Shown here: positions 16,801-29,500 of the stretch, in pieces
Numbering within the stretch: position 1 is the first letter of the stretch
Layout of the letters: every line of letters starts with the position of its first letter
DNA from: Utricularia gibba
Taxonomy: Eukaryota > Plantae > Magnoliophyta
Direction: 5' to 3'
Length of the DNA stretch: 64,000 nt
NCBI GenBank assembly: GCA_002189035.1
Contig: CM007992.1
Span: forward strand, 1,054,001-1,118,000
Program-made: the position numbers and the translations under genes
Notes under the pieces: generated by a model
The model's database searches: none
What the model saw: the letters and a program-made list of their open reading frames with translations, nothing else
Told to the model about the DNA's origin: nothing

Positions 16801-19538
16801 CCAGGAATACTATTTCCATTGCATGGCGGGTCGTGAGGGGTAATGGCATGCTTTTTTGCTCACTTTCATTTATCATCTTGATGATGATATGCCGAATTGG
16901 TCTACTCGTGCATTCAACTAAACTGCTGTGTTGTGCAAATATAGGTTAGTTGACACCGCAGTAAAAACATCTCGTAGTGGATATCTGCAAAGATGTCTTG
17001 TGAAAAATTTAGAGAGCCTCAAAATTTGTTATGATTATACTGTACGCGATGCTGATGGTTCCATCATCCAATTTTATTATGGTGAAGATGGCGTGGATCC
17101 GCACAAGACAAGTTTCTTGAAGAATTTCAAGGCGCTAGCAGATGTAATGTTCAGTATTCTTTATTTGGCTTGCATGGAAGCTATCTTTTGTTCATTATCT
17201 TCTTGAAAAAATGTATTCTTTTGCAGAATCAAGAGACTATACAAGAGAAATTTCAGAACAAGCATGAATTCGATTTTTATATTAAAAAGTTGCCTGATGG
17301 CCTTGAAGAAGAAGCAAGATCCTTTGCTAAAGAGGCGTATTGGTCAGGAAAACATGCATCTTCATCCCAGAATTTGCATAAAAGTCGTGGGAAAAGTAAA
17401 AAGCAGCTCATAGGCAAGCATAAGGCAACTACAAAGGATCATGACATATTCATGGAGCTCTTGGTGCAAAAATATTTGTCAAGTCTGGCACCAGCTGGAG
17501 AACCTGTGGGCGTCATTGCTGCTCAGTCCATTGGTGAACCATCGACCCAGATGACGTAAGAGTTACATTTCAATGTAAAGCAGTAAATTATCATGAATGC
17601 GTAGCTTTTATAAAATAAACAAGATTTTCTATTCTAAGCCTCTGTTGTTGATAAAAGGTGTTTAGAATGGAGTATTCCTGTGCCTAACCCATTGGTGTTC
17701 GACTTTAATTTATTTGATGTGCTCAACTCTTCATAATTTGGTTTTAATGCATTTTCAGGCTGAATACTTTTCATCTGGCTGGACGTGGTGAAATGAATGT
17801 TACTCTAGGTATTCCCCGCCTCCAGGAGATTCTGATGTCTGCATCAGAGGTAATTAGAACTCCTGTTGTGACCTGCCCTTTCTCACGATGGAGATCCAAG
17901 TAAGTTCCTGCATTTCATCTGCAACCATGCGAGTGATAAAAAATGTGAATACGTTTAGTCAATTCTGCAGCTTTTGAAGAGTTGGTATTCTTTTCCTGCA
18001 TTATGCAGTGATGTTCTGAATAATCCTTATCATCATAAATACTTAGCCTTCTGTGGATGACATTGCTGGTAATGCTTGTCTTTTCAGAGATGAGGCTGTG
18101 TCTGTTATTGCAAAACTGAAGAAGGTCACCATAGCGGATTTGGTAGATAGTATGCATGTTGAATTCTCCTTTCACGAGAAAGAAGTTGCTAGAATTTATA
18201 AACTCGAAATGGAGCTCAGAGACACAAAGTTTGTCTCATTGGGAGACCTGCGGGAGACGCTGAAGACCACTTTTATGAAGGAAATGGAGAATGCATTGGA
18301 AAATCACATAATATTTCTCTCCAAAATCAACCATATCAATAATGCCACCTCCGGTAGTTCCACAGTCGATGCGCCAAGCGATGGTGATGAAGATGAGTCT
18401 GGTGACCAACCACCAGAAGCGGAAGATGATGATGCGGATGATAATTCAGACAAGGGAGATGATCTTGGTTTAGACTCAGAGAAGAGAAGACAACAATCAA
18501 CGGATGAACTGGACTATGAGGACGCATGTGACACAGAGCTTGGAGAAACAGAATTATCCACAGGTGGAAAAGAGGAAAGCCAGGGAGACTTTGAGGATGA
18601 TGCTGATAATCAAGAAGGGGTTGAGGATGGGGATAGGAATGACGATGAGAACCTTGATGATGAAGATAACACTACAAATGATGAAGTCGACACAGATGTT
18701 GTACCGCAATCCGAAGAATTTATGCTCTATCCATCGGATGATAAACCAAGGCGCAGGGGTGTCTTCATGAAATTTTCTGACTGGTCCTTTGAAGTCCATT
18801 TCAAGCTAACCACCGAGCCGCATATACTCCTCACTCAGGTACCATCCATGTCTTGTGGTGCTCCTTTCAGCCTTCAGTTATGAAACCTTTTGGAGATGAA
18901 AATAATGCTGTTCCTTCTTGAACCTACAGATCGCTCAAAAAGCTGCGAAGAAGGTACTTGTCAAGAAGTGTGGCAAACTCAGCCAATGCAAGTTGGTTCA
19001 GCATGACCCGGATGAGAAAACAGTGATCTGGGACAACAAGAAAAAGCAAAAGGATAGTTCAGGCAGAAACGACGACGACGGCGACGAATCCGCTTACTGG
19101 GCAGTGAAAGCATCTGGATTAGACTTGAGGTCCTTCTGTGAAACGGCAGATGATCTAGACCTCAGTCGTCTCTACACAAACAACATCTACGGGATGCTTC
19201 AGATGTATGGTGTGGAAGCTGCCAGAGCAAGCATAATCCGAGAGATGAAGCATGTGTTCGACATATACGGAGTCAAGATCGACTACCGGCACCTGAGCTT
19301 GATCGCCGACCGCATGACGCACACTGGGGAGTATACATCGATGAGCAGACACGGATGCATTGCGCAATCCAATTCGCCGTTCCTCAAGATGTCGTTCGAA
19401 ACTGCATCGAAGTTCATTGTGGAAGCTGCAACATACGGGCTAACGGACACCTTGGAGACTCCATCTGCGAGGATTATATTGGGTCGCCCTGTGAATGTAG
19501 GTACTGGTTCATTCGACGTCATGGAAAATCTTGCATGA
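10836..19538 (+). CDS. NRPA1: DNA-directed RNA polymerase I largest subunit (20 coding exons; ATG 10836 or 10854); one apparent frameshift at ~16800
   Basis: [18 protein letters not shown], Zn clamp [53 protein letters not shown]|[11 protein letters not shown], catalytic [16 protein letters not shown], bridge helix [41 protein letters not shown]|LNTFHLAG, acidic expander region, [10 protein letters not shown]. The Pol I-specific C-terminus ends with TGA at 19538. Confidence 0.96.
14124..14275 (-). mobile_element. Possible 5'-truncated SINE-like insertion in NRPA1 intron 8
   Basis: On the minus strand: B-box-like GGGTTTGAATC (14259-14269), a ~120-nt GC-richer body, then an A-rich tail (AGGAAGAAAAAAAAATAATA). 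No A-box and no clear target-site duplication. Confidence 0.3.
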
Positions 19539-20260
19539 TTTGAGGTTGGTTTCATCAATTTTGGAGATGATGATGCTGCTGCTTCTTTATCTCTGAGGGT
19601 TTTTGTGCTCCCCCCTCGCTTCTTCTTCTGGGACATTTAATTGATTCATGCATCAAATTTATCGAACGAAGGAATATAACATTATGAAATGAAATGTATT
19701 ACAACAACTGTAGCCAAGCGGCTACATTTTATTTTTTTTGAACATTGGTGAATTCTCATATAATACACTATTTAGAAAAGTGGACACACGTGTATATGAT
19801 TATTTTCAATATTGATTTCTTGATTAGTCAAAATTTTTTAACTGAAGATGACCATTTTTATCACATAATTCAAAAGGGATGTTCAAATTTATAATACACC
19901 CCTCAAGTAATATCATCCAAAAGCAGTATTTTCTCAGTCCTGAGCCCTCAAAATAATGGAATACACAAATCCCCCTCAAATCTATCTATCTCAAAATGCC
20001 GTACAAATAACTTCAGAGCACAACTGAGGCGGTCGAATATACATTAGCTCATGTTCGTTCTAATGTTGTCTTGAAGAATGAGGAATAACTTTATGACATT
20101 TGTTACATGAAACGCGAGCCCACTTGCTCTGTTCTTTCATGTTCATGTAGTTGCAGTTTTCTATTTTTTTTTTTGTGTCTACAAATTACACTATTAAATT
20201 CTACCTTTTTTTTTCTATGGTGTTGGCGGCTGCGTGTGATGCCCAAGCTTGATGCCATCC

Positions 20261-23200
20261 TCAGAGCAGTGTATCTCGTATAATTCTTGCTACTACTCGA
20301 GATGATAACCGCTGAAGTACTTCAGGAAGAATGGCGGAAAGCCCTGGCAACACTGGAACTAGCTCCCGGATCACACGGCTCACATCCACACCCTGAAAAC
20401 ACCAAAAGAACACCTATCAACAGCTCAGAATAAGCAGTTTTCGGTTCAACAGTGTTTCAACATAGATTTCTGTTGGTTTTTGCATGAGAATAGTGGCTTT
20501 GTTCCTCTGTTGACCGTTAAGATGATAGTGGAGAAGTGTGGAGAAAAACAGTAGGCAGGGTAAATTACCTGACTCCCTGAAGAGGCGGTTCCAGCAGCTA
20601 GGAACTCAATGATCTTCTGGACATTGTTGAGTATTTGTTTATCCTCCTCGGTGATCGTTGGAAGCAGAGCTGCTGTCCTAATAGGTCCCAAAGTAGGAAC
20701 CAAGCTGAAAACTGGGACTATGTTTCTAACTCCCAGAAAAGACAAAACCTGAACTAGTTGCTCCCTTGAGATGGCGTCTATTCCCTTCACGATCTGAGTT
20801 TAATCAGGATTCCAAAGATCAGCTGACAGAAAAAAAAAAAAGAGATATACAACTGAATCAAGGATATCAGAAACTGTACAGACCTCATCCAGAAGAAATT
20901 CTCGGAAAAAGTTGCCCTTATCAGATAGTAGAAATCCTAATGCTGCTCTAGTTTGAACCTTCTGTGTTCGAGAGCTGCTGGTGGTAAACATAGGGATCAA
21001 GTTAGTGTTCTGAGTTTGCAGAATTCCCAGCTCGGCCATTCTTCCATTCAGATCCTCTCCGCCACCACTCTTTGCTGCATCTATGAAGTTCTCAAAAGCT
21101 TGCATGACATCTATAAATCTTTCAGCATCAAATACACCATTTCTCCCATAAATTGTATATCGCAATGCATATCGTAAGCGTGGAGACTCATCCGTGAGTA
21201 GTCTCTTCAAAAAGAAAAAAGAATGCATCAGATATGAAATGTTGAGAAATGGACACTTTTATTTGCAAACTGTAAAGATGAGAGTTTCGAAGACAACTAC
21301 AAGAGGGGTGTGGCACCTGTGCAATATATGGATACGCTTCGTCTACAATAGCAAAATCAGGATTCCCGACCAAAGCAATACCCTCCAGCACTCCAATAGC
21401 TCTGATGATAAGTGCAAAATATGGTGGAATTCTGAAAGGGTAATCAAAAGTAATTTGTGCTAAATCCGATGCCAGCTCCTGGAAGTTAATATTTTTGGCT
21501 CCACCGCCTTCAAGGGCCTGATCAAAAACCTTGGCCAAAACTGGCAAGATAGGCTCCAAGTTAACTCCTTCAGGAATGAAACCAAGATTCACAAAGTCCT
21601 TTACAATAGCAGGATAATCTCGGTGAATAAGATGAGCAATGGCTTCAACCATTCCATACTTCTGATCATCTGTGAGTTTTGTTACCAAACCTGCATTTTG
21701 ACACACATTTTCAGCGTATATGGGAGCCTAAGAAAGTGATAAGGAAAGGAAAAAACAAAATAACAATATTCAGGTACATCACAGTGAGTATAAAAAGCGG
21801 CCTAAATCTCATCAACATAAAGATGATATACACAATAGCAAAAAAATTCTTAATGGTTACATTAGTTGTTCCCAGTGATGATGAGGATGTTAAGAAATTA
21901 TATTGTACAAAATAATGGAATATTGATAGGAACATGTTACCAAAATCCAGTATAGCCAGCTTCCCATCTGGAGTGCGAATCAGATTTCCAGGATGTGGAT
22001 CAGCATGAAAAAACCCCGTATCAAGCAGCTGCATGATGAAGTCTCAAACTTTGGAAAACTATGTCTAACAGCAGGAAAAAAAAAGAAAGAGAAAATGTCA
22101 CCCCAGTATTCTCTCTTAGGCAAAACTAATTCATTCATGATTATCTATGAATAATGCTTTTTATTACAACTTATATTTCAAATCCAATTCTAAGGTTAAA
22201 AATGACGGTAATGGATTACCTGCTTAAGATAGCATATAACTCCAACATTTACCAAAGTTCCTACATCATCTTCAGTACTCTGTGATAGCTTTACCCCATC
22301 AATCCACTGGGTTGTAAGAACTTTTCTCGCAGTGTATTTATTGTACGTCTTTGGCACAACAACCTAATTACATGTACCTCTGAGGATAAGTAAATTGTAG
22401 GAGACAAATCACAAATAAATATAAGAAAAAGGTGTATCACAAAAGAACACCTGTGGGAGGTCCCTCCTCATCATTTCAGCAAATAATGTTCCATGCTCTC
22501 CCTCCTTGACATAATCAAGCTCTTCAAAGAAACGGGCAGCCCATTCATCAACCAATCCAACAACATCAATAGAAATCTGGGGGAATTTTCGAAGAGCAAG
22601 ACCCAACTTCCGTATAATAAACAAGTCAATGGTTACTGTCTCAAGAACAAAAGGCCTCTGCACTTTAACAGCCACCAATTCCCCAGTCTCTTTTAGCCGA
22701 CCCTTATAGACTTGACCAAGAGAAGCTGCAGAGTTTTTTCACCAGGCATTAACGTATCTTGACTGACTTATGGATTCAGTCTCGACAAACTGAAATTCAT
22801 TGAGATTACCAGCAGCTATAGGGGAAGGAGAGAGTTCTGAATAGATGTTATACCACGGCTGTCCAAGCTCCTCCTCTATAAGAGCCATGGCCACATCATC
22901 AGGAAATGAAGGAACCTGAGAAAACACTGCGTTTTGAATTTATTGAAAACAGGATAGAGCTCTTTAAATTGTGAAGAACAGAAACTGTCGACACCTTATC
23001 ACAAAGCTTCTGTAGCTCAGTCATTGCTGCCGGAGATAGTATATCAGGTCGAATGCTCAATGCTTGCCCAAGTTTAATGTATGCAGGACCCAGGGAAGTG
23101 ACTATCTCCCTCAACTCAATGGCTCGTGCCACCTCATTCTGTAAAGAACAATATGAATCGGATTTCATGAAAGCCATGTTTAATATAGTGGTACTGAACT

Positions 23201-24424
23201 CCGCCATGGTGAGCTTTTATTGACCTCACCTCTTTCATCTTGTTTTTTATCAGATCCCAGGCTATACGGGACAGAAATCCTCCAGCAACAGATAATAATT
23301 GAATGATACGAGTTGCAACTGCACGGGGTCGTTTCCCCCAGTATGCAGCTATGCTTTCAGGATCATACACCAGTGGTAAAAACTCACTGCTCTCATCAAC
23401 CTGCAGAAGCCATGGTATGTGGCTAATTTACTTTTAGCATTACTAGGAACCTGGTATATCTTCAACATATTTGAATTTGGGTGCAGAAATACCAAGCCTC
23501 AGAAAACAAACAAGTTGTAGTAAGCCAGTAAAACAGAATCTACTGTAACTTACGAACCTCCACTAAACGGAGCTTGATGCTGTCATCAGCGAACAACGAG
23601 TCCTTCAAGTTTTGACCCCGAAGCCCTCTCATGAGAGTTGCCAATTGCTCGTTCTCTTCCATTTGTGCTCTCACCCTTTTTATCTCTTGTGAGACATCTT
23701 GCATTCTCTGGAACATGCAAAGATCAGATCATATGAGAATAAAAAAAGAACACATGGAACTCAAAGGAAGCTTAAAATTCAAGCATGGACGTTGGAGAGT
23801 CAACAATGATAGCCCGTACAAATCCAGCAGTCAATGTAGTTGGTTTCCCAATTATATATTATGTGATATCGTTGACATCCGGGGTTCTCTGAATGTTGCT
23901 TGAGCGCCAACCACTTATACTTATAATGATGGGAGTGATTGATGGGAATCCAACATTTAAACTTTCACAACTCAATCTCCAACTAGTCTTACGAACAAAA
24001 ATCATAACGGCATTTATTTTGCATCAAGCTTATCAAAAAATTTGACATTGTTTTTTTTTTCCAGAGAAATCGTTCATTTATCGACCCGTCAGAAAAATCC
24101 CCAAGAGATAAGAAAGAAATCATGTAGTCTAAAAATTCTGACAGTAACCAACACACTAAAGATCGAAGTAAAGAGAAAGCCCACAGTTGCGCCACCGTTG
24201 ACTGTGCTGTAGGAACTGGTTTTAGAGGAGGAGCCATTGATGAGCTTGGTATCCGGTGGTCTAGGCTCAGTAGCAACGCACTTAACGCCGGCGTTGAGGT
24301 TTCGAACAGTAGAAACATGTCCAGCAAAATGGCCACCATTTCTCGACTTGCTCTTCGATGAAACGGAGGAAATTGCCGGAAAACGGTTAAAAGGATCAAA
24401 TAGATGCGCGGCTGCTGCGTCCAT
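20261..24424 (-). CDS. ABC1K6: ABC1/ADCK atypical kinase, chloroplastic (ABC1K6 type), multi-exon
   Basis: Starts MDAAAAHL. Contains [113 protein letters not shown], and ends [15 protein letters not shown] (TGA = TCA at 20261-20263). Closely follows the recalled Arabidopsis ABC1K6 sequence. Confidence 0.9.
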
Positions 24425-24790
24425 GGCGGGAACAGCCAATCCGAAACAAAAACCCACTGGAAAGCGTTCGAGTCCACAAAAAGGAAATGGCTTTTACGTC
24501 AAGCTTCCACCTCCAAATGCAGAGCGCAGTGTACGGAAGCGGACGTGCGACGTTCTCAGCCGACCAAACCAGAGAGGCTTTAGTGGCGCGCTGACGAGCC
24601 ACTGGCGCCAAGGGAACCACGTGTTTTACTTGTGGACTCAGTTTTTTTCATTAATTTATTTTTATTTATTAATTACTGCAATCATATTCGTTGATAAAAG
24701 TACAAATAAATCGATTTTTAAAAAGTGAAGGGAAATCCATTATCCACTTCACTGTGTAGTGTGTACGCTCAATTTTCAACGGAGACGCTG
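24425..24790. promoter_or_regulatory. 366-bp divergent (bidirectional) promoter between ABC1K6 and the metacaspase
   Basis: Head-to-head ATGs at 24424 (-) and 24791 (+). G-box CACGTG at 24618-24623 and further ACGT cores at 24496 (TTACGTCA), 24543 and 24550. Confidence 0.6.
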
Positions 24791-26114
24791 ATGGCGAGGA
24801 GGGCGGTTCTCATCGGCTGCAACTATCCGGGGACCAAGGCGGAGCTCCGAGGCTGCATCAACGACGTCCACCGCATGCACGCATGCCTCGTCCAGCGCTA
24901 CGGCTTCGCTGAGGAGGACATCAAGGTTCTGATCGACACCGACGAGTCCTATACGCAGCCAACAGGACGGAACATCCGTGCTGCTCTCGCCGATCTCGTC
25001 GGATCCGCAAGCCCTGGAGATTTTTTGTTCGTTCACTACAGTGGCCACGGCACGCGCCTCCCGGCGGAGAGCGGGGAGGACGATGACACAGGCTACGATG
25101 AGTGCATCGTTCCCACCGACATGAATCTCATCACCGGTAGGACTTTAACAACTGCCTGAGCGAGTCCTAGATTTATGGCATTCGCTATTTCGCGATCTGA
25201 ATTTGGGAATTTGTTTAGATGACGACTTCAGAGATCTTGTGGAGAAGGTGCCAGAAGGATGCCAGATCACGATTGTTTCCGATTCTTGTCACAGTGGAGG
25301 ACTGATCGATGAAGCTAAGGAGCAGATCGGTCATAGCACAAAGTCGACCGAAGTTGGAGGCGGTGGATCCACTTTCGGACTCGGTAACTTCCTTCGAAAA
25401 ACCGTCACCGACGCAATCGAATCTCGCGGAGTCCACATACCACCGGAACTGGGACTCGGCCACCACCACAGACGTCATCAGCAACAAGAACCCCAGGAGG
25501 AACAACTAGAAGGGCACCACATCAAGAACAAGTCTCTGCCACTATCAACCCTCATTGATTTACTCAAGCAAAAAACAGGTAAAGATGACATAGATGTCGG
25601 CAATGTGCGACCTACCCTTTTCGATGTATTTGGAGACGAAGCGAGCCCCAAGGTGAAGAAATTCATGAACCTCATCTTCAGCAAGCTACAAGGACAAGGC
25701 CAAGGAAGTGGCAGCGGGGGGATGATGGGGATGGTGGGTGGATTAGCTCTGCAGTTTTTGCAGAGCAAGCTGGAAGACAATGGTGGAGGTTACGTGAAAC
25801 CTGCAGTACAAACACCAGTTGGGAAGAAAGAAGAAGCATACGCTGGTGCAACAAAAAGGGGATTACCTGACTCTGGTGTCCTGATAAGTGGCTGCCAATC
25901 TGATCAAACATCAGCTGACGCAAAACCATCTGGCGGTGAAGCTTATGGGGCTCTGAGCAACGCAATTCAAACCATAATTGCAGAATCGGACGGGCAAGTA
26001 AGTAACCGAGAGCTGGTCAACAAGGCAAGGGAGCTGTTGAAGAACAAAGGTTTCAGTCAGCGACCGGGACTGTATTGCAGTGATAACTTCGTTGATTCTT
26101 CCTTTGTTTGCTGA
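24791..26114 (+). CDS. Type II metacaspase (AtMC4/5-like), 2 exons (24791-25136, 25219-26114)
   Basis: [26 protein letters not shown], catalytic His in HYSGHG, catalytic Cys in SDSCHSGGL, long linker ending KNKSLPL, p10 domain [14 protein letters not shown]...GALSNA...QRPGLYC. No prodomain. Confidence 0.95.
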
Positions 26115-26567
26115 GTGCCCTCGTCTCTCTCTATTGGTCTCACTCATTGGACTTCGGTTTGCTTTTTCTCCTAATTCTCCTGTTTGAGTGTTCGTGTGCA
26201 GTTGAGTTGTTTGCCTTCCCCTCGGCTCCCTTCGATTGCATGCTCTTTGGTGGATGTTTTCTCTTGTACAATACATGATCTATGAAACTGGTGAAAGGTA
26301 AACTAAACGTGACAGAGATACTCTCTTATGAACATCAAAAGAGCATCAAGCAATTGCCTGCATGCCTACAGAAACGCAGGTGTGTATGTACATAGCAGCA
26401 ATGGGAGGGATATGCCCAGAGAGCTACTACCCATTTCATGATAACAATAAGGAAGCTGCCGGTATAGCCAATGTAATCTAATCTAAACTAACCTAAGCTA
26501 CATTGGGACCGCAGCATTCGCATCAAAATATTCAAAATCCAACGCCATTTCCATTCACAGCTTTGGC

Positions 26568-29500
26568 TTAAGCGTGAGGTGTGATCTCTTGTTCATCTTG
26601 ACCCCATGATAAATCTGCCACCCGAAACGCCATTTTATCACACTTGGGCCATTTCGTTAATTAGTAGATAAGGTTGGCACAGAGAGGGCTAGAAAGTACC
26701 TTGCAGAACTGGTTTTACTGCCGCATTGGGAATATGAAGTCCGACGACTCGTTGATGGTCCGAGGTAGTTTCTATACGGATGACTCGTATCCTTCTATGG
26801 CTTTGGCGAACCTGCAACGAATCACTTGTAGGTTATACCAGCTACATGTATTCAGATTTCAGGTAACGGGAAAACAAATTGGTTTAGTCTGAATGCAACT
26901 GATTTCATGGATTAATGTGAAAGCAACTTGGTTTCAGTTTATGTTCAGTAGCAAAGTTTTAGCATCTCGGAACGGAAATGGAAAACAAGCATAAGGGGCA
27001 GAATTACCAGCTTCGAAAGCGCCTTTTCAATAGTACCCCACACAGGAAGGATGAGGCCACCCAAAACATTGACTTCTTGTAGTCTTCTGCCTACAGTACA
27101 GAAGCTCCCAACCTTGCAGTTTGGACCGTGCATACACTGCGTATTAAACCATGAATAAGCTATCCTGCAACATAATTGGAAAAAAACACATTGCACAAGC
27201 ATGTCTAAACTAATCAATAAAGCCTCGCCTAGATCCAGAGACCTGCAAGAATCTATCAACCATCACAAAACTTGTGAATGTATCATATATAGTACCACAA
27301 CCCATGTTGGAATGACTGGTTCGCAATGGTTCATATCGCAGCTTCTTTCCATACTACATATAACAATCTCCACCAACAACTTCTATCTGAAAAACAGCTC
27401 CCTACCTGCTTGGATGATACTTCATATTCATCTTCCCAACCACTTCGAGCCTTCTCAAGGGATGCTAGTTTTTTGTACTTGTCTTTTAGCTCTTCCAAGG
27501 GCAGCTCCCTAGTTATTGAAGGCAACATTAGAAGATCTGTACATCAAACTAACAGAAAAACAATCGAGATGTATATAGTATAGTATTTTTAACGCACCTG
27601 AATGACTCCCCAACTGTTGGCCGATATATCTTGTAGGACCCGGATGCAGAACTGAATTGGCCCAGCAAAGAAAACAAATAAAAATTAGTTACATACAGAC
27701 TTTTCACATTTCTTGCATATGGAGTGCAACATACAACAACAAATGCATATCTGAGAGGAAAACAAGGATCAGTATATGTGGAAAGCATAATCATCAGTCA
27801 GCTAGAAATGCAAGAAGTTATCTAACCAGATAATAAAAAATAAGAAAAGTTACAACACTCTGCTAGGAATCACGATACTGACATAGCCATCACATCTTTC
27901 TGGAGTACTAAGAATGGATAGAAAACAAGAACTATAGCATGCCCATCCGCAAGGAAAAACAAGCAAACAAGACACTTAAGTTCCAGGGAACAAGATCCAA
28001 TTAGAAGCATTGTTTCAATCCAAGTTAAATGCATAAGACCCGTACTTCTCAAAAGCTAAAATAAAGTGCCTTCTTCCCATCCATTCTCTCTTAGATTCGT
28101 AGAACCCGTTGTCACTTGAACAAGAGTCATCTTTCTGCTTCTCCTCCAGCATTGCTGATGCATACTAACAAAGCACAACAGCTGTCAAGCCTTACACTAG
28201 GCGATGGTCATTTTAATTGTTTGATAGGATGAAAAAATAGATATCCAAAGTGAACTAACAAGCTTACCTCCCAAGTAATTCCTCTATCCAACGAGAAAGT
28301 AAACAGCACAGTGGCTGCACCGGACAAGCTATCAACATGAACAGTCTGCATCATATGGATGTCAAATTAATTGTTTTGATTGTCAATTAATAAATAAACA
28401 GAGAATTTCAGAACCTTTGGCTTCCCCTGCATTCCTATGATGTTAGCTCTCATATCAACAATTCCTGAATCCAAATGTCCCTCAACACGTGCATTCTGCA
28501 TGAGAAGGTGGTGGATGTTTACAAACAATTCAAACAACCTGCAAGGCCATCAAATCTATTATCCCTAGTATCAACGAGACCAAAGACTAAAATACAACCA
28601 TTGATTAGGATACCTATTCTGGATCTCAGGTGGGAGTCCTAGAAGTCGGTTGAGAAACCGTCCTACATCATGCATGTCAGACTCAAGAATGCGGCCTGAG
28701 ATCTTTCCTGGATCTTTCCCATCACCTGGAGAGAACTCATGAATAAAAGACAAAAGGAAAAAGATTTAAGAATAATAAAATATCAAGGCCAATCACATAG
28801 GTATATTTTATTTAAATTACAAATATTTCACATTCAAAAACATAATTTGCATTTATTCGAACTCTAGAAGCATAATGATGTCAATGAAGGAACCCACAAA
28901 TTCATCAAAGTAAAATTGAAGTCGAAGTTCGGAAGATACTCCAGCCTACCAAGAACAGAATCTCTTATGATACCAACAGATACAAGGGCAGCCCTTCCCT
29001 TCACAAGGAAGTCTTCAATTGTCTCAGGTCTTTCAGATGAGCAACCTGGTGGATCAATTGGTAATGCTTCCTAATATTATAAGACAACACACAATGAGCT
29101 CGTTATAAAAAATAAAAAATTGCACGAAATTCATCACACAAGCACCTGCTCCATTATTCCCTTGTATAACATCATCAAGGATCTCTTTCCATATGTGCTA
29201 TCATAATTATAAGCACTCAGAGATGGTCCAGCCCTGTAAATACACGATACTGTAAGCTCACATGTAGGTAATGGGTAAAAACTCCAGAAATCCATCTCAA
29301 ATATACAGCCATACCTACGATCACCCTGGGTTAATGCTCCAAGGGACTCAAGTCTCCTGGCCACAATAGATGCGAATCGGCGTTCACCCCCAAGATTTGT
29401 AAAAAGCAACCTTCAATGAAAAATGATAGCTCATATGATAGTTTTTCCAAGACAATATACACAGGAGCACATCCCTGCACTATTATTAATAGATGTGTAA

